Source of the DNA: Utricularia gibba | Lineage: Eukaryota; Plantae; Magnoliophyta | Assembly (NCBI GenBank): GCA_002189035.1 | Contig: CM007991.1 | Span: 124,001 to 188,000 of the forward strand | DNA length: 64,000 bases | Reading direction: 5' to 3' | Shown here: piece after piece, positions 1-12,467 of the stretch | How the letters are laid out: every line of letters begins with the position of its first letter | Position numbering within the stretch: the first letter of the stretch is position 1 | The notes under the pieces: model-generated | Told to the model about the DNA's origin: nothing | What the model saw: only the letters and a program-made list of their open reading frames with translations | Database searches by the model: none | Translations under genes and position numbers: made by a program

Positions 1-3000
1 GAGCTCCAGGAAAGTTCGAATAGAATCTATGAAGACGATAACGGGAGGTTTCTCAGGGCACTCAGAAACCGAGCTGAAAGGTATTCGATTATGGAATTTT
101 TCTTTTTCATTTATTGCAAAAAAGTCTGCATTTTTGGTTATAGGATATGCTTTTTAATTAATTGTTTTACAATTTTTATTTCTTTTTGTTCGCCTACCCA
201 AATTTTCATGTTGGTTATAGGTTTAATAAAAATTATTAATTTTCAACTCATTACACATTTTAATAAAATATTTTTATTAATAAAAGTACAAAAATTAATA
301 TTGAAAATAGCCATGGTCACTTTTAAAGTCACATATCTCAGATCTATTCATCATTGAATGCTAATTAATATTTAGAAATTAATGTGTTATTTTATATTCA
401 TCATTATGTAATGAGCATATGAAATCATGGGAGGATAGAATATTTTTATTATTCTTTTTTAAATTAAACGATTAGAATTAATTATCAATAATTTGAAGTA
501 ATAATAATGATTATAGTAAAAAAAGAGAGATTTTCCTAATGAAACTCATAATGGGCTACTGATTTGTAACTACGGCCGGGTATGTTTTTGGAGTAGAGTT
601 GGGATAGATATACCAAAGGTGGAGGTTCGTTACGAGCATTTGACCGTTGATGGAGATGCAGCCGTGGGATCGAGGGTGCTCCCCACATTGTCGAATTCCG
701 CGCTCAGCTTTGTAGAGGTAATGTGACATGAACCCTTCCCACGTATTCTGGTTTCGGCCTGCTGTTACTCAAAAAGTGGCCGCATTTTGATTCTTCAGGG
801 AGTGTTTGAGAAATTCGGGATTCTTCAATCAAGAAAAAGGTGTATCAGAATCCTCAACAATGTCAGTGGGGTCATAAAGCCTTCGAGGTAAAAACACTCC
901 TGTTTCTTGCATATCCATGAAAGGGAATGATTTTCTTGCATTCAAGATTTGAAAGATTTTTTTTTTCTTTGAAGGCTTACCTTGCTTCTTGGCCCCCCTG
1001 GAGCTGGGAAATCTGTATTTCTCAAGGCGCTTGCAGGAAAGTTGGATGAAGATCTCAGGGTGTGTGTTGATTTAGTGTGTGGGGTGCAAATTTCGGCGAT
1101 ACAGTTGCTGATGGATGTCTTGTTCTTGTGTTGTTAGGTAAGTGGGAGAGTTACCTACTGCGGTCATGAGCTTTCAGAGTTCATTCCTCAGAAGACATGC
1201 TCTTATATCAGTCAGTATGATCTTCACCATGGGGAGATGACAGTAAGGGAGACTCTGAACTTTTCAGCTAGATGTTTAGGAGTTGGAAACCACTACAAAA
1301 TCCTTAAGGAACTATTTAGGAGGGAGAAGGAGGCAGGCATTGAACATGACCCTGAGATCGAAGCATTCATGAAAGCTATGGAAGAAGCTGGCCGAGATTT
1401 TGGTCTTATAATAGACCATACTCTTAAGGTATGCATTCATCTACCTGTTTCTCAACGAGGGATTCAACAAATAAAAAGTTCATTTAAACCTGTTTTGAGT
1501 TCAGCATCTTGGGCTAGATGTATGTGCTGATATTCTTGTGGGAGATGAGATGCGACGAGGTATTTCAGGTGGACAGAAGAAGCGGCTCACTACCGGTATG
1601 TGAATGGAATTGGCACATGAGCAAGCTATTCTATCTTCTGGCTTAGTTTTGAGTCATTTTCATCTTTGCATGGCGTAGGCGAAATGCTAGTTGGGCCTGC
1701 AAAGGTTTTCTGCATGGATGATATATCAACTGGTCTTGATAGTTCAACAACCTTTCAAATTGTGAAGTACATGAGACAGATGGTGCATATCATGGATGTG
1801 ACGATGGTCATCTCCCTTTTGCAGCCTGCTCCTGAACTATTCGATCTTTTCGATGATATTATCTTGATCTCTGAAGGAAATGTTTTGTACCACGGTCCTC
1901 GTGAAAGCATACTCCCATTTTTCGAGAGTGTCGGATTCAAGTGTCCCGACAGAAAAGGAGTTACAGATTTTTTGCAAGAAGTAACTTCGATAAAGGACCA
2001 AGAGCAATACTGGTTTAGAAAGGAGAAGCCTTATAAATACATATCGGTATCCGATTTCGTGGATTGTTTTAGTTCTTCCCACGTTGGACTAACACTTTTT
2101 GATGATCTTGCAGTACCGTATGACAAAAACAAAGCTCACCCTGCTGCATTGGTCACTGAAAAGTATGGGATATCTAACTTGGAGTTGTTTAAGGCATGCT
2201 TATCAAGGGAATATCTTTTGATGAAACGCAATGCCATTGTGTACATATTTAAGATCTTTCAGGTCACTGTAATGTCCATAATCACATTCTCAGTGTTCTT
2301 CAGAAGTGAAATGGCAGTGGGAAAAATTGCAGATGGTGGGAAATTTTATGGTGCCCTGTTTTTCAGCCTCATTACCTTGATGTTCAATGGAACAACTGAA
2401 CTTGGCTTGACGGTTCTGAGACTTCCTGTGTTCTTCAAACAGAGGGATGCTTTGTTCTTTCCAGCTTGGGCATTTTCACTACCAATCTGTCTTCTCAGGA
2501 TTCCCATTTCCTTCATAGAATCATTCATATGGATGGCTTTTACGTACTACACAATCGGATTTGCTCCAGATCCTACCAGGTATTGTATTGCAATATGAAT
2601 CTTTTGTGATGTCACTATTCTGTTGAACTGAAACAGAGACATGGGCGTTCTTTTTCAGGCTATTTCGTCAGTTTTTGGCTTTTTTTGCACTACATCAAAT
2701 GGCTCTATCGCTATTTAGATTTCTTTCTGCGATTGGAAGAACACTTATTGTCTCCTTTGCTCTCTCCACCTTCACTTTGCTACTGGTTTTTGTCCTTGGT
2801 GGATTCATTATATCAAAAGGTTACCCTTTAACTCCCTTGTTCAAGTTATGGCATTGTGTATCTCTCTGTTTACTTGTTATGTACTCTCTGTTTTTTAGAT
2901 GACATAAAGCCATGGATGATTTGGGGTTATTATCTTTCTCCGATGACATATGGCCAGAACGCAATTTCCATAAACGAGTTTCTTGACAAAAGATGGAGCA

Positions 3001-6000
3001 CTGTATGATGACTGTAGCTCATTCGTTGAACCTTTAGTTTGTCTCTTTCACTTAAACGGCTTCTTTTTAATCCGCAGCCAAATACTGATCCAAGGATCCC
3101 GGCGCCTACCATAGGAAAGGCTCTGTTGAGAATGAGAGGAATGTTCACAGAGGAGTACATGTATTGGGTTTGTGTTGCAGCATTGTTTGCATTCTCTCTT
3201 GTCTTCAACATTGGCTTTATCGTCGCATTGACATACCTGAATCGTAAGTTTTCTGTTGAGTTCATGTCGTTTTTTTTTTCTCTAAACTCCCTTTGGTCAC
3301 ACTCCGTACATAAATTGTGTAGCTTTTGTGAGTACAAAATCCACTCTCGTGGAAAACGAAGGCATGTTTGAAAAGAAAATCGTCGTGCCTGGTCCTGCTG
3401 AAATAGTAAACTGCAAAGTCTGCACAGTTGAAGGTATGAGAGCAGTCGAAAGATCCCCAAATGCTTCAAAAATTGTATTTTAATGGTATACATTTTGCAG
3501 ATGAGAAAATGTTTCGTTGTACAAAGAAAGGAATGGTGCTTCCATTCACTCCCCTGTCCTTGGCGTTTAACCACATCAGTTACTATGTCGATATGCCAGC
3601 TGTAAGTGATGTTCAAAATATTCATTCTTCATGGATGAACCATCTACTGACAATATTACATGCTTGGTTCTCCATCTACAGGAGATGAAGAAGAAAGGGA
3701 TACAAGAGAATAGGCTGCAGTTATTGCGAGATGTGAGTGGAGTATTCAAACCTGGAATTCTAACATCTTTGGTAGGTGTGAGTGGGGCTGGAAAAACTAC
3801 GTTGATGGACGTCTTGGCTGGAAGAAAAACAGGTGGATACATCGAAGGCAGCATAAGCATATCTGGTTTTCCAAAGAATCAAAGAACCTTTGCTCGTATC
3901 AGTGGATACTGTGAGCAGACGGATATTCACTCTCCACATGTTACAGTCTATGAGTCAATTGTATACTCTGCTTGGTTGCGACTTTCACCTGAAATAAACC
4001 AGGAATCAAGAAAGGTAAGTGCTGTTGTACATTAAGAGATAGTTTGCGTTGCTCACTTAATGAAATTTGTTAATGTTTTGAAGATGTTCGTGGAAGAAGT
4101 GATGGAGTTGATTGAGCTCCAGCCATTGAGGGAATCCCTGGTTGGGCTGCCTGGGGTAAATGGTCTGTCAGTTGAACAGAGAAAGAGATTAACCATAGCA
4201 GTAGAGCTTGTTGCCAATCCTTCCATAATCTTTATGGATGAACCCACATCAGGCCTTGATGCTAGAGCTGCTGCAATTGTCATGCGAACAGTTCGCAATA
4301 CAGTTGACACAGGCCGAACTGTCGTCTGCACAATTCACCAACCAAGCATAGACATATTTGAAGCATTCGATGAGGTAATTTTCTGAATTTCCCATCCCTT
4401 AATGTGGACTGATGTCGATACTGATTGCCACCAAACTGCAGCTTTTACTCTTGAAAAGAGGGGGACAAGTTATCTATGCAGGACCTCTAGGGCATCATTC
4501 TCACCAGCTGATAGATTACTTTCAAGTGAGTACTTGATGTTGAAATAAAAAATAAGTTGGTTTTATACTAGTAGCGAGTAAAGTACTAAAATCACTTGCA
4601 TTCATCACGCAGTCAGTGACAGGGATTCCAAAGATCGAAAAAGACACCAATCCTTCTACATGGATGCTCGATATCAGTACACCAGCATTGGAAGAACAAC
4701 TTGGCATTGATTATGCAGAAATTTATGCAAACTCTGATCTTTACAGGTGATAAGACGATACCAACTATTTCTCAAAACCTTTCCTCTCGTGTCTAATTTA
4801 ACCCGTGTTGTGCCTGGATTCGTGCTATCAAACAGGAAGAACCAAGAGCTCATCAAGCAGCTCAGCACTCCTGCAATAGGGTCAGAAGATCTTCATTTTC
4901 CAACTAAACATGCACAATCCTTCCTCTCTCAATGCAGAGCTTGCTTCTGGAAACAAAACTTGTCATACTGGAGAAACCCACAATACAATGTGGTGCGTTT
5001 CTTCTTGACAACAATAATTGGTTTCGTTTTCGGAGTGACATTCTGGAAAAGGGCAGACAAGATGTAAGTCACAAAATCACTTCTTTCCGTCATAATATTA
5101 ACTTGGCTTCTCTTAACAGTAACTGATTCGACAGACATAAGCTACAAGATCTGACGAACATAATTGGAGCCATGTATGCAGCAGTTAATTTCCTAGGGGG
5201 CATGAACACTTATGCTGTGCAATCAGTAGTGGAAATCGAAAGAACTGCTTTTTACCGTGAAAAAGCTTCTGGGATGTACTCAGCTCTGCCATATGCATTT
5301 GCTCAGGTACAGAAGGAAAAAGATCACCTTTTTTTTTTCTATCTTCCCCTGATTCAAGATGCTTGACATAGCTGATAAATCACACCTCACAGGTTGCCAT
5401 CGAGACGGTTTACACAGCAATGCAAACACTCATCTACAGCCTCCTCCTTTACACCATGATGGGATTCGATGTCCGTGTTGATAAATTCTTCAACTTCTAC
5501 TTCTACGTTTTCATGTGCTTCCTATATTTCACTGCGTACGGAATGATGTTAGTAGCCCTGACCCCAAATTGCCACATTGCTGCTGTGGTGATGACATTCA
5601 TTCTCAGCTTTTGGAATCTCTTCTCCGGGTTCCTCATTCCAAGAACAGTAAGTAAAACAAACAAAACAAAAAAGCAACCTCTCAATTTCATGTTTCAACA
5701 ATGCCAACTCACTTTTACATTACTGAAACTTGCAGCAAATACCCAAATGGTGGAGGTGGTATTATTGGGCCAATCCAGCTTCATGGACAATCTACGGCTT
5801 GATCACATCTCAAATAGGCGATAGTAGAGGTACAATTGAAGTTCCTGGCTATGGTGATGTATCATTGAAGGATCTCCTCCATTACTACATGGGATTTGAT
5901 TACAACTTCTTGGGAGTTGTTGCGGTTGCTCACGTTGCATGGGCTGCCTTCTTTTGCGTCGTCTTCGCTCTTGGCATCAAGTACCTCATCTTCCAGAGGA

Positions 6001-6005
6001 GATGA
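1..6005 (+). CDS. Full-size ABCG (PDR) transporter, multi-exon, 5' end outside the window
   Basis: Spliced frame is continuous across about 20 GT-AG exons. NBD1 has Walker A GPPGAGKS, signature [13 protein letters not shown] and Walker B region [16 protein letters not shown]2 has [18 protein letters not shown] and MDEPTSGLD. Two TM domains are present and the stop is TGA at 6003-6005. Confidence 0.96.
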
Positions 6006-7083
6006 GGATTTGTAAATGTTAGAAAATCAGAACCCTAATTCGACGGTTGTTATGTAAATTGGGGGTCGAGGTGAGCCAGCTGGAGTTTTTGTGTTGGCCC
6101 CAAGAGTTTCTGTAATTGTAGTGCTGTATCCCTCTTTTTTCAACGGCTAGTAATTGAATTCTTCCAAGGCGTAGCTGGGCCGCATTACAGGCGATAACAA
6201 CTGATTTTCCCCATTTCTCTGCGTCTAGGGTTTGTCTATCGTCATCCCTTCCTTCCCGTAAATCTCTACGTTTCCTGTTTCACTTATCCAAATCGGTTGA
6301 TTCTTTAGTGACAGTTTCCTCCTATGTTTATACGACGTTTCAGGGATTCTGCGGGGGTTGACTGCTGGGGGTAAAGGAGACGAAAAGCCGATCCAAGTGT
6401 CACTTAACTGTGAGTTCAATCTGAGGAACCCCCTTTTGTTGCGTGGTTGGTTTGTATCGTTCTGTGTTCTTGTCAACTGATTTATGTGTGTTGCGTATGC
6501 GCAATTTGGTGCCGAGAAGAAAAAATTTCGAGTTTTAGACGTATTGTCCTATCATGGGGCTGCTTTGGATCCTGGGAAAGGGTTGAATTATAAGGGGTTT
6601 AAATATTCGCGATAAAGATTGTATTTTTAACATTTGGTGTTCCTGGGGATAATTTTTGGTATTGATTGAATGGAGACCTTTGTGTATAGCTTGCTTGCCT
6701 TTTCATTTGTTAAGTTGCTACCATTGAGACGTTTAACACGAAAGATGTTTCAGGTATATTGACTGGGAGGTGTCTGGTTGTTGAGTTCATTCCCAGATAA
6801 AAAGGTTTTCTTTTTGTTCATGGCTTTATCTTGCGTGATATCTCTTCAGCATTTCATGAAGACAGCAAATCATATTCATTTGAACTTTATGGTGTACTTC
6901 AAATACTACATCTTGGTTTTGTTATTTCATTACCAAACATGGATATATTGATCATAAGCCCAGTTGTGCCATTTGTTCTCTAAATATTTGTCGTTGTAAA
7001 AAATTCTTGGATTTGAGTAGAATGCGAACAGTTTGTGGTTATTCAAAGGGGATTTTGTCCATTTATTTTAGAAACAGTACAAA

Positions 7084-7615
7084 ATGGAACAAAATGAGAC
7101 CGGCTGCGAAGCTCCTCAGGCCCCTATCCTCTGTGGACCTCAACAATTGTGGATTCTTCGGAACAGCAGCCACCATGAACATGTGCTCCAAATGTTACAA
7201 AGACCTTGCATTAAAGCAAGAGCAAGTCAAGCTTGCCGCATCATCCATCCAGAGCATTGTGAACGGGACTTCCAGTACATCTGAAACGGATTCTGATGTA
7301 CCTACAATGACTAAAGCCAGGCAGAGTGTGATTATCAACACGGCTGTAGCATCATCACCACAAGCTTCTGCTGCAGTCCCACCTCAGGAAGCTAAAGAGC
7401 CTAAAGAAGGCCCAAAGAGGTGTGGCTCTTGCAGAAAACGTGTAGGTCTCACCGGCTTCAACTGCCGCTGTGGTGGCATCTTCTGCTACATTCATCGCTA
7501 CTCTGACAAGCATGAATGCCCCTTCGATTATCGCTCTGCAGGCCAGGAAGCCATTGCCAAGGCCAACCCGGTGGTCAAGGCCGACAAGCTAGACAAGATT
7601 TGTCCCACGCTCTGA
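7084..7615 (+). pseudogene. SAP: A20/AN1 zinc-finger stress-associated protein (SAP), frameshifted within the A20 finger at 7135-7141
   Basis: The canonical start [17 protein letters not shown] (7084-7134) is out of frame with [18 protein letters not shown] and the AN1 finger [37 protein letters not shown]. Seven nt (GGACCTC) sit where one codon is expected. Pseudogene versus sequence error is unresolved. Confidence 0.85.
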
Positions 7616-7997
7616 ACAGTTGAAAATCCCCATATTGATGCAGTTGCTTGTGGCTATGTTGGGTATGATTTGTTGATGGTAGTTATGATTTGGCTATGGA
7701 CTTTCTCCTGCTGTAATATCTTTATGCTGTCTACTTGTGTTGAATGTCATGGGATTTCAACTTCAAGGATACCTCTGTGGAGCAACCTGTAGAAGATGAA
7801 GCCAGGAAGCTCTGTTTTTTCATTGGATAACAACACATCGTCCTTAACCTCCAAGGACTATAAAAATAAACAATGAGGTACCAGTAGCATTGTTAGGATT
7901 TTGTTTGGGGAAATCTCTTCCTCCCACGTCCCTAGTTTCCATTCTGTAAAGTTGTTACCTTTGATCCTATCTCCAACATTTCACCATCAGCATACTA

Positions 7998-10900
7998 CTA
8001 CCGGAAACTTCGCCGGAGAACATCCACCAACAGCACTCCGTCGCTGGGTGCTTGGCCAGTTTTCCAGACAGTAAAACCTGCCTTGAAGAAATTATTGTCA
8101 TTCCATCGCTTCAATGCCTGCAGCGAAAAAGGGCCGTGCATCTTCCCTCGGGGATCCACATAGTGCCAATCAGCAATGTTTGTAGGTTCAGCATTTCCTT
8201 CTGGCTCTGACTCATCCTCATCGCTGCTGAGTTCAATAATCTCATCAGTAGCCACAGCTTTTACCCGAAATTCCTGTGCTGGCGGTGGCATGGATGATTT
8301 TTGGATCTTCGGGCTGTCACTTAATGTTGAACACCCTGTGTCCATTACCCTTTCCTTCTCTGTGGTACTTGTATATACTGAAACAGAATCATGCATATCC
8401 ATTCCTGCCTCCTTTTCTTCACAATTCCTATCTTCAATACCAAAAGAAAAATTTCTCTTGCCTCCCAGCTTCTCTGGGTAACTCATCTCGCTTGAAATGT
8501 TTTCTTCCAATGGTGATGGCATGTATGCCTCTGTCGTCTCTTTTCCAGCATTGATGGGATCATGCATATGTCCATTATTCTCATGGGGCAGGACATCAGC
8601 TATATTAACCAAATGAGCACGTCCATCAACTGCGAGCATACAAGTAGTATAAGGATCAGCTTTTGTTTCCACCTTCAATTCATACTTGAGTTCAAAATGA
8701 AGACAAAATTCATGAATTCTAGAGGCTTACCACTTGGACTTTTAACAGTAGCGAAGCCATCGGTGCTCATGACCGAAGTTTGCTGGTTATCAGAACAGTG
8801 CGACTGGGAAAGGGATGGGAGATTGACGAAACCTGAGAAGAAGTGTGACGAAGTTGACAAGGTGTAATGGATATTCAAGCAACAATCTTACATACTAGTT
8901 ATAGTGGTTTAGGAAAATGTACCTGAATCACCTGAGGAGCATGCATCTGCATCAAACAGACAATTTGATTCTGATATTTGAGCCCTTGCCTCGGCCGTAC
9001 TAGAAGCATCTCTCTCTTCAGCAATCACATCGGGAATGCTAGGTAACAATTTCTCTTGAGTCTGAAGCATCTTCCTTTGATCCAGATACTCAAATAGTGT
9101 GAATTCTAAAAGGTTAAGGCAACGTTATAGCACAATGAAAAGCAACAAACATGATGATGACACAATGCAGAAAGAAAGAATTGTTCGATCCTTCTCCAGG
9201 GGGTTCTGTGACTAGGAACAGCACGTAGCATATATAGACGCTAACTGATTGACACCCTCAACTAGGAACACCCATATGCTTGCCATAGAAATAATTTTCC
9301 CATGTAACTTAAGGATATTCTCTTCGCCATCCCTTTTCATTTGCATGATTAATTTTCTTCTGCAACACGGACAGCTCCTTAGCAATCCGCTGCGATCAAA
9401 TGGTGATGGTTATAGGACGCTGCTATACCAAGCAAACAAGATACGACTGACTACATGCAGAAAGAATGTTCATGATTTGAGATTTCCAAAGCTGATTTTG
9501 GCACATTCAAATGACAAGGCATACTCCTGTTAATTTTTCACCAGAGTATATCCAGTCTCACCAAATAATGAAAAAAAAATTCACGACATACATGTTTTGT
9601 TATATCCTCATGCAGCAATTGTGCCTTCAACTCGATCTCCTTCTGTCAAATAATGATTCACAAGTTTAAAATGGGTAACCGAAATAGGAAAATGGCATCA
9701 TTATCTACGGGCCTGATATTTATTACATAACACTCAAAGAGAACAATATGCGAGTTTGCCTTCCTGCTAGTAAAGGAATGGCGATTTAACTCGAGCTATA
9801 AGCCTTAGGAAGAGATAACAACTTGTAAGAATTTCCTTTGGGGCACTTCATAAAAATTTAATTTCCATCGGTTCGATGGAACTTCTAAAGATAATGTATT
9901 TTGAGGCATATGGCAGCTAATGATGACCCTATTCAAAGCATGTTTTCTTAAAGTGGTCATAGACCTTGATATCAAGCAGTCAGGAGGAAAAGTTCAGCTG
10001 TATATGAATCTTACAACACTGAACTTTTTAAGCACGCCACATATTACTCTTTTATGCACATCCTCAACTTCTTCCTACAAAATGAATACAGCATAAATGC
10101 CGTGGGTTAGAGTCTAAACAAATCTCAGCATTAGATGAATCAAATATGAAGTGCCATTAAGAACTAAAAATTAACTAAGTTGAGAAACAGTTTCTATGGT
10201 GGTAGAAATCAGAGAGAACACAAGTCATCGGAAAAAAATTCAAAAGAGAAAGTAAATTCATAGTCAATGAAATATTTGAGAGTTCGTATGACTAGTTACC
10301 TCTAAGAAGTCTTCGTCTGACAACATGGATAAAGTAACTTCGTTAAGAAAATTTGCAACTTTCAGATGGATTTCAGCATTAGGACTAACAGCAAGGGAAA
10401 AGTTTTCAACACCTGCCAAATAAATGATAACGCAAATACATATGAAGAGAAGAGCAACAATCACAATCATGCAATGTAGCCCATTCGACATACAAGATCA
10501 AATACAACACGTAAATTCTCTCTAGTTAGCCAAATTACCAGTAACAAGTTGAAGATGAAACAAAGGCGTCTGAAAATTATCATTTGTGTTGGATTTCATC
10601 CTGACAAAGCTCCCAACAATTTTTTTCTCAAAGCTTGTTCGATCATGAAGAAGCTCCATAATCAAACTTTTCTTCAAGTATATTAGCTTGATATTCCTGG
10701 GAACAATTGCAGCAAAGAAACTTCGATGTGACTTCACGCCCATGGTTGTGAAAGCCTTTTTTCTTTTGTCTTTTTCTTCTGAACTGTCAAGAGATTCGTC
10801 ATCAGACTCATCACTTTCTTCACAAAGGTGCTCCTCAAGCAACTCATGAATCTTTTTCGTAGAAATGGACTTCTTCCCAAAAAGAGAAAAAAGTCTCTCA

Positions 10901-11154
10901 TCACATATAACTGTCTTCTTCTTTCCTTCAGCACAGAGGCTTTTCTCTTTTATATACCTCAATATGAATCTAACCAATTCTAGTTTACTGTACTCCTTTT
11001 CAGTATCCACATTAACAGCCTCCAGAAATTCAATCAGACGCTTTGAAGCCCATCCAAGAAATTCAATCTTCCTTACTGCGACTCTTCTCTTTCTTTTATT
11101 AAAAATGGGCGGGCCTTCACCTTGACCCTCTGCAACCCAGTAATTGTCATCCAT
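7998..11154 (-). CDS. SWIB + Plus3 + GYF domain protein (At5g08430/NERD-related)
   Basis: SWIB-like region EFLGWASKRLIEFL...ICDERLFSLFGKK, Plus3 region FAAIVPRNIKLIYLKKSL, helix ANEKGWRRELFEYLD, and C-terminal GYF-type WHYVDPRGKMHGPFSLQALKRW. The last acceptor site is uncertain. Confidence 0.88.
9099..9318 (-). other. U12-type AT-AC (minor spliceosome) intron
   Basis: 5' site ATATCCTT, branch site GCCTTAAC about 13 nt upstream of the terminal CAC. Removal restores WRRE|LFEYLD in frame. Confidence 0.92.
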
Positions 11155-12467
11155 ACCATCCAGAATGTAGAAGAGGGGAGCAATTCACATAAGCACTGCC
11201 TCTAACTAATGAGCCTACACGGGATCATTGAGAAATCAACTCATCAAAACTAAAGTAATATAAATAAATCCTTAAAACTCATGTAAGAACGACTGCATAA
11301 GCGAAATAAAAAAAAGGAACAAAATCCATTATTGGATCAGAAATCGCAAGGAAACAGTTCGAAACACAAAAAAATGACACTCAAATATCGCTCCGAACAA
11401 CTCGCAAGCCATGCAGGTAATCAAAAGAGTACGGGGTTGAGGTATAACCAAGAACCCTTTCACTGAAGCCACTGTTCGACGTAAATTGAGTGAATCAGTG
11501 CATATTATATCACCTTACACGACCGCTGTACACTGCTAGATAGGGTATTCTAATACCTCTTCCGGTACTTCAGAGAGGAAGGGCGAGGAGAGAGAAACTG
11601 CGGCAGAGGAGATCGCCGGGAACTCATCGGATTACGCCCGAAGGCAGAGCGGCGAGGGAGAAAAATGTTATCACTGGCACGTAAAAAAGGGGCATGTTGT
11701 AACGAATGTTTTACATTTTCCAAAATTTATTCGAAATGGAATTTTTCTATAAACCTTCCGTAGAATAAAAACTTGATAAATTTTTCTGTAAATTAAAAGG
11801 AATTTAATTCTATATTTATTTTCTCAATGGGCCAATTCATTTGGTACCCAGCTCGCTACAGCGTGTTTTCCTCCACGTGGGCCTCGACCCATTGTCATGT
11901 GGTGATCAGCGCAGATAGGGCTGCTAAGAGGCCCATGCGCCTTAATTTATGGGTCTGAATTGAGGCCCAACACAAGCACTACCCATCTACTATTGTTTAT
12001 TACCTCCTGAGCGTCATTAACAGAAAACAAGAGAATTATTAGACAGAGAGGGCGCTGATACAATGGTGGGGCCCATTCATGACTACCATTGGTCCCCATG
12101 CACATGGATGGCAGCATGTCACATGCCACATCTCAACCCACCCATTTCATTTTCAAGGATATGGCATGTGGTTGGGGCTGTTACTAAATTTGACCATAAA
12201 ATTGATTGAGATAATGGATTTTGATTTTGCACACTTTAATTGTGCAAAGTCCATTTTGTGGTGCGACCGGTTCGAGAAATGAAATTCAAACTTCTTGTTT
12301 TTGGTTCGGTTTCGAAACCGTACAATTTCGGACCAGTTCCGAACCGATCCCTTAACACTAGCATAAGAGTTGCTTTGGGTTCAGGTTTGGAGTAATTGTG
12401 TGTGACATACAGGGTGATGATAATAAAGCGTGATTCTAAATAAGGTAAAGCCTATAAATGAAAAGTT

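Noticed and set aside
91-357. 88-aa hydrophobic ORF
   Set aside because: Lies in the AT-rich ABCG intron (81-597) and is a low-complexity artefact.
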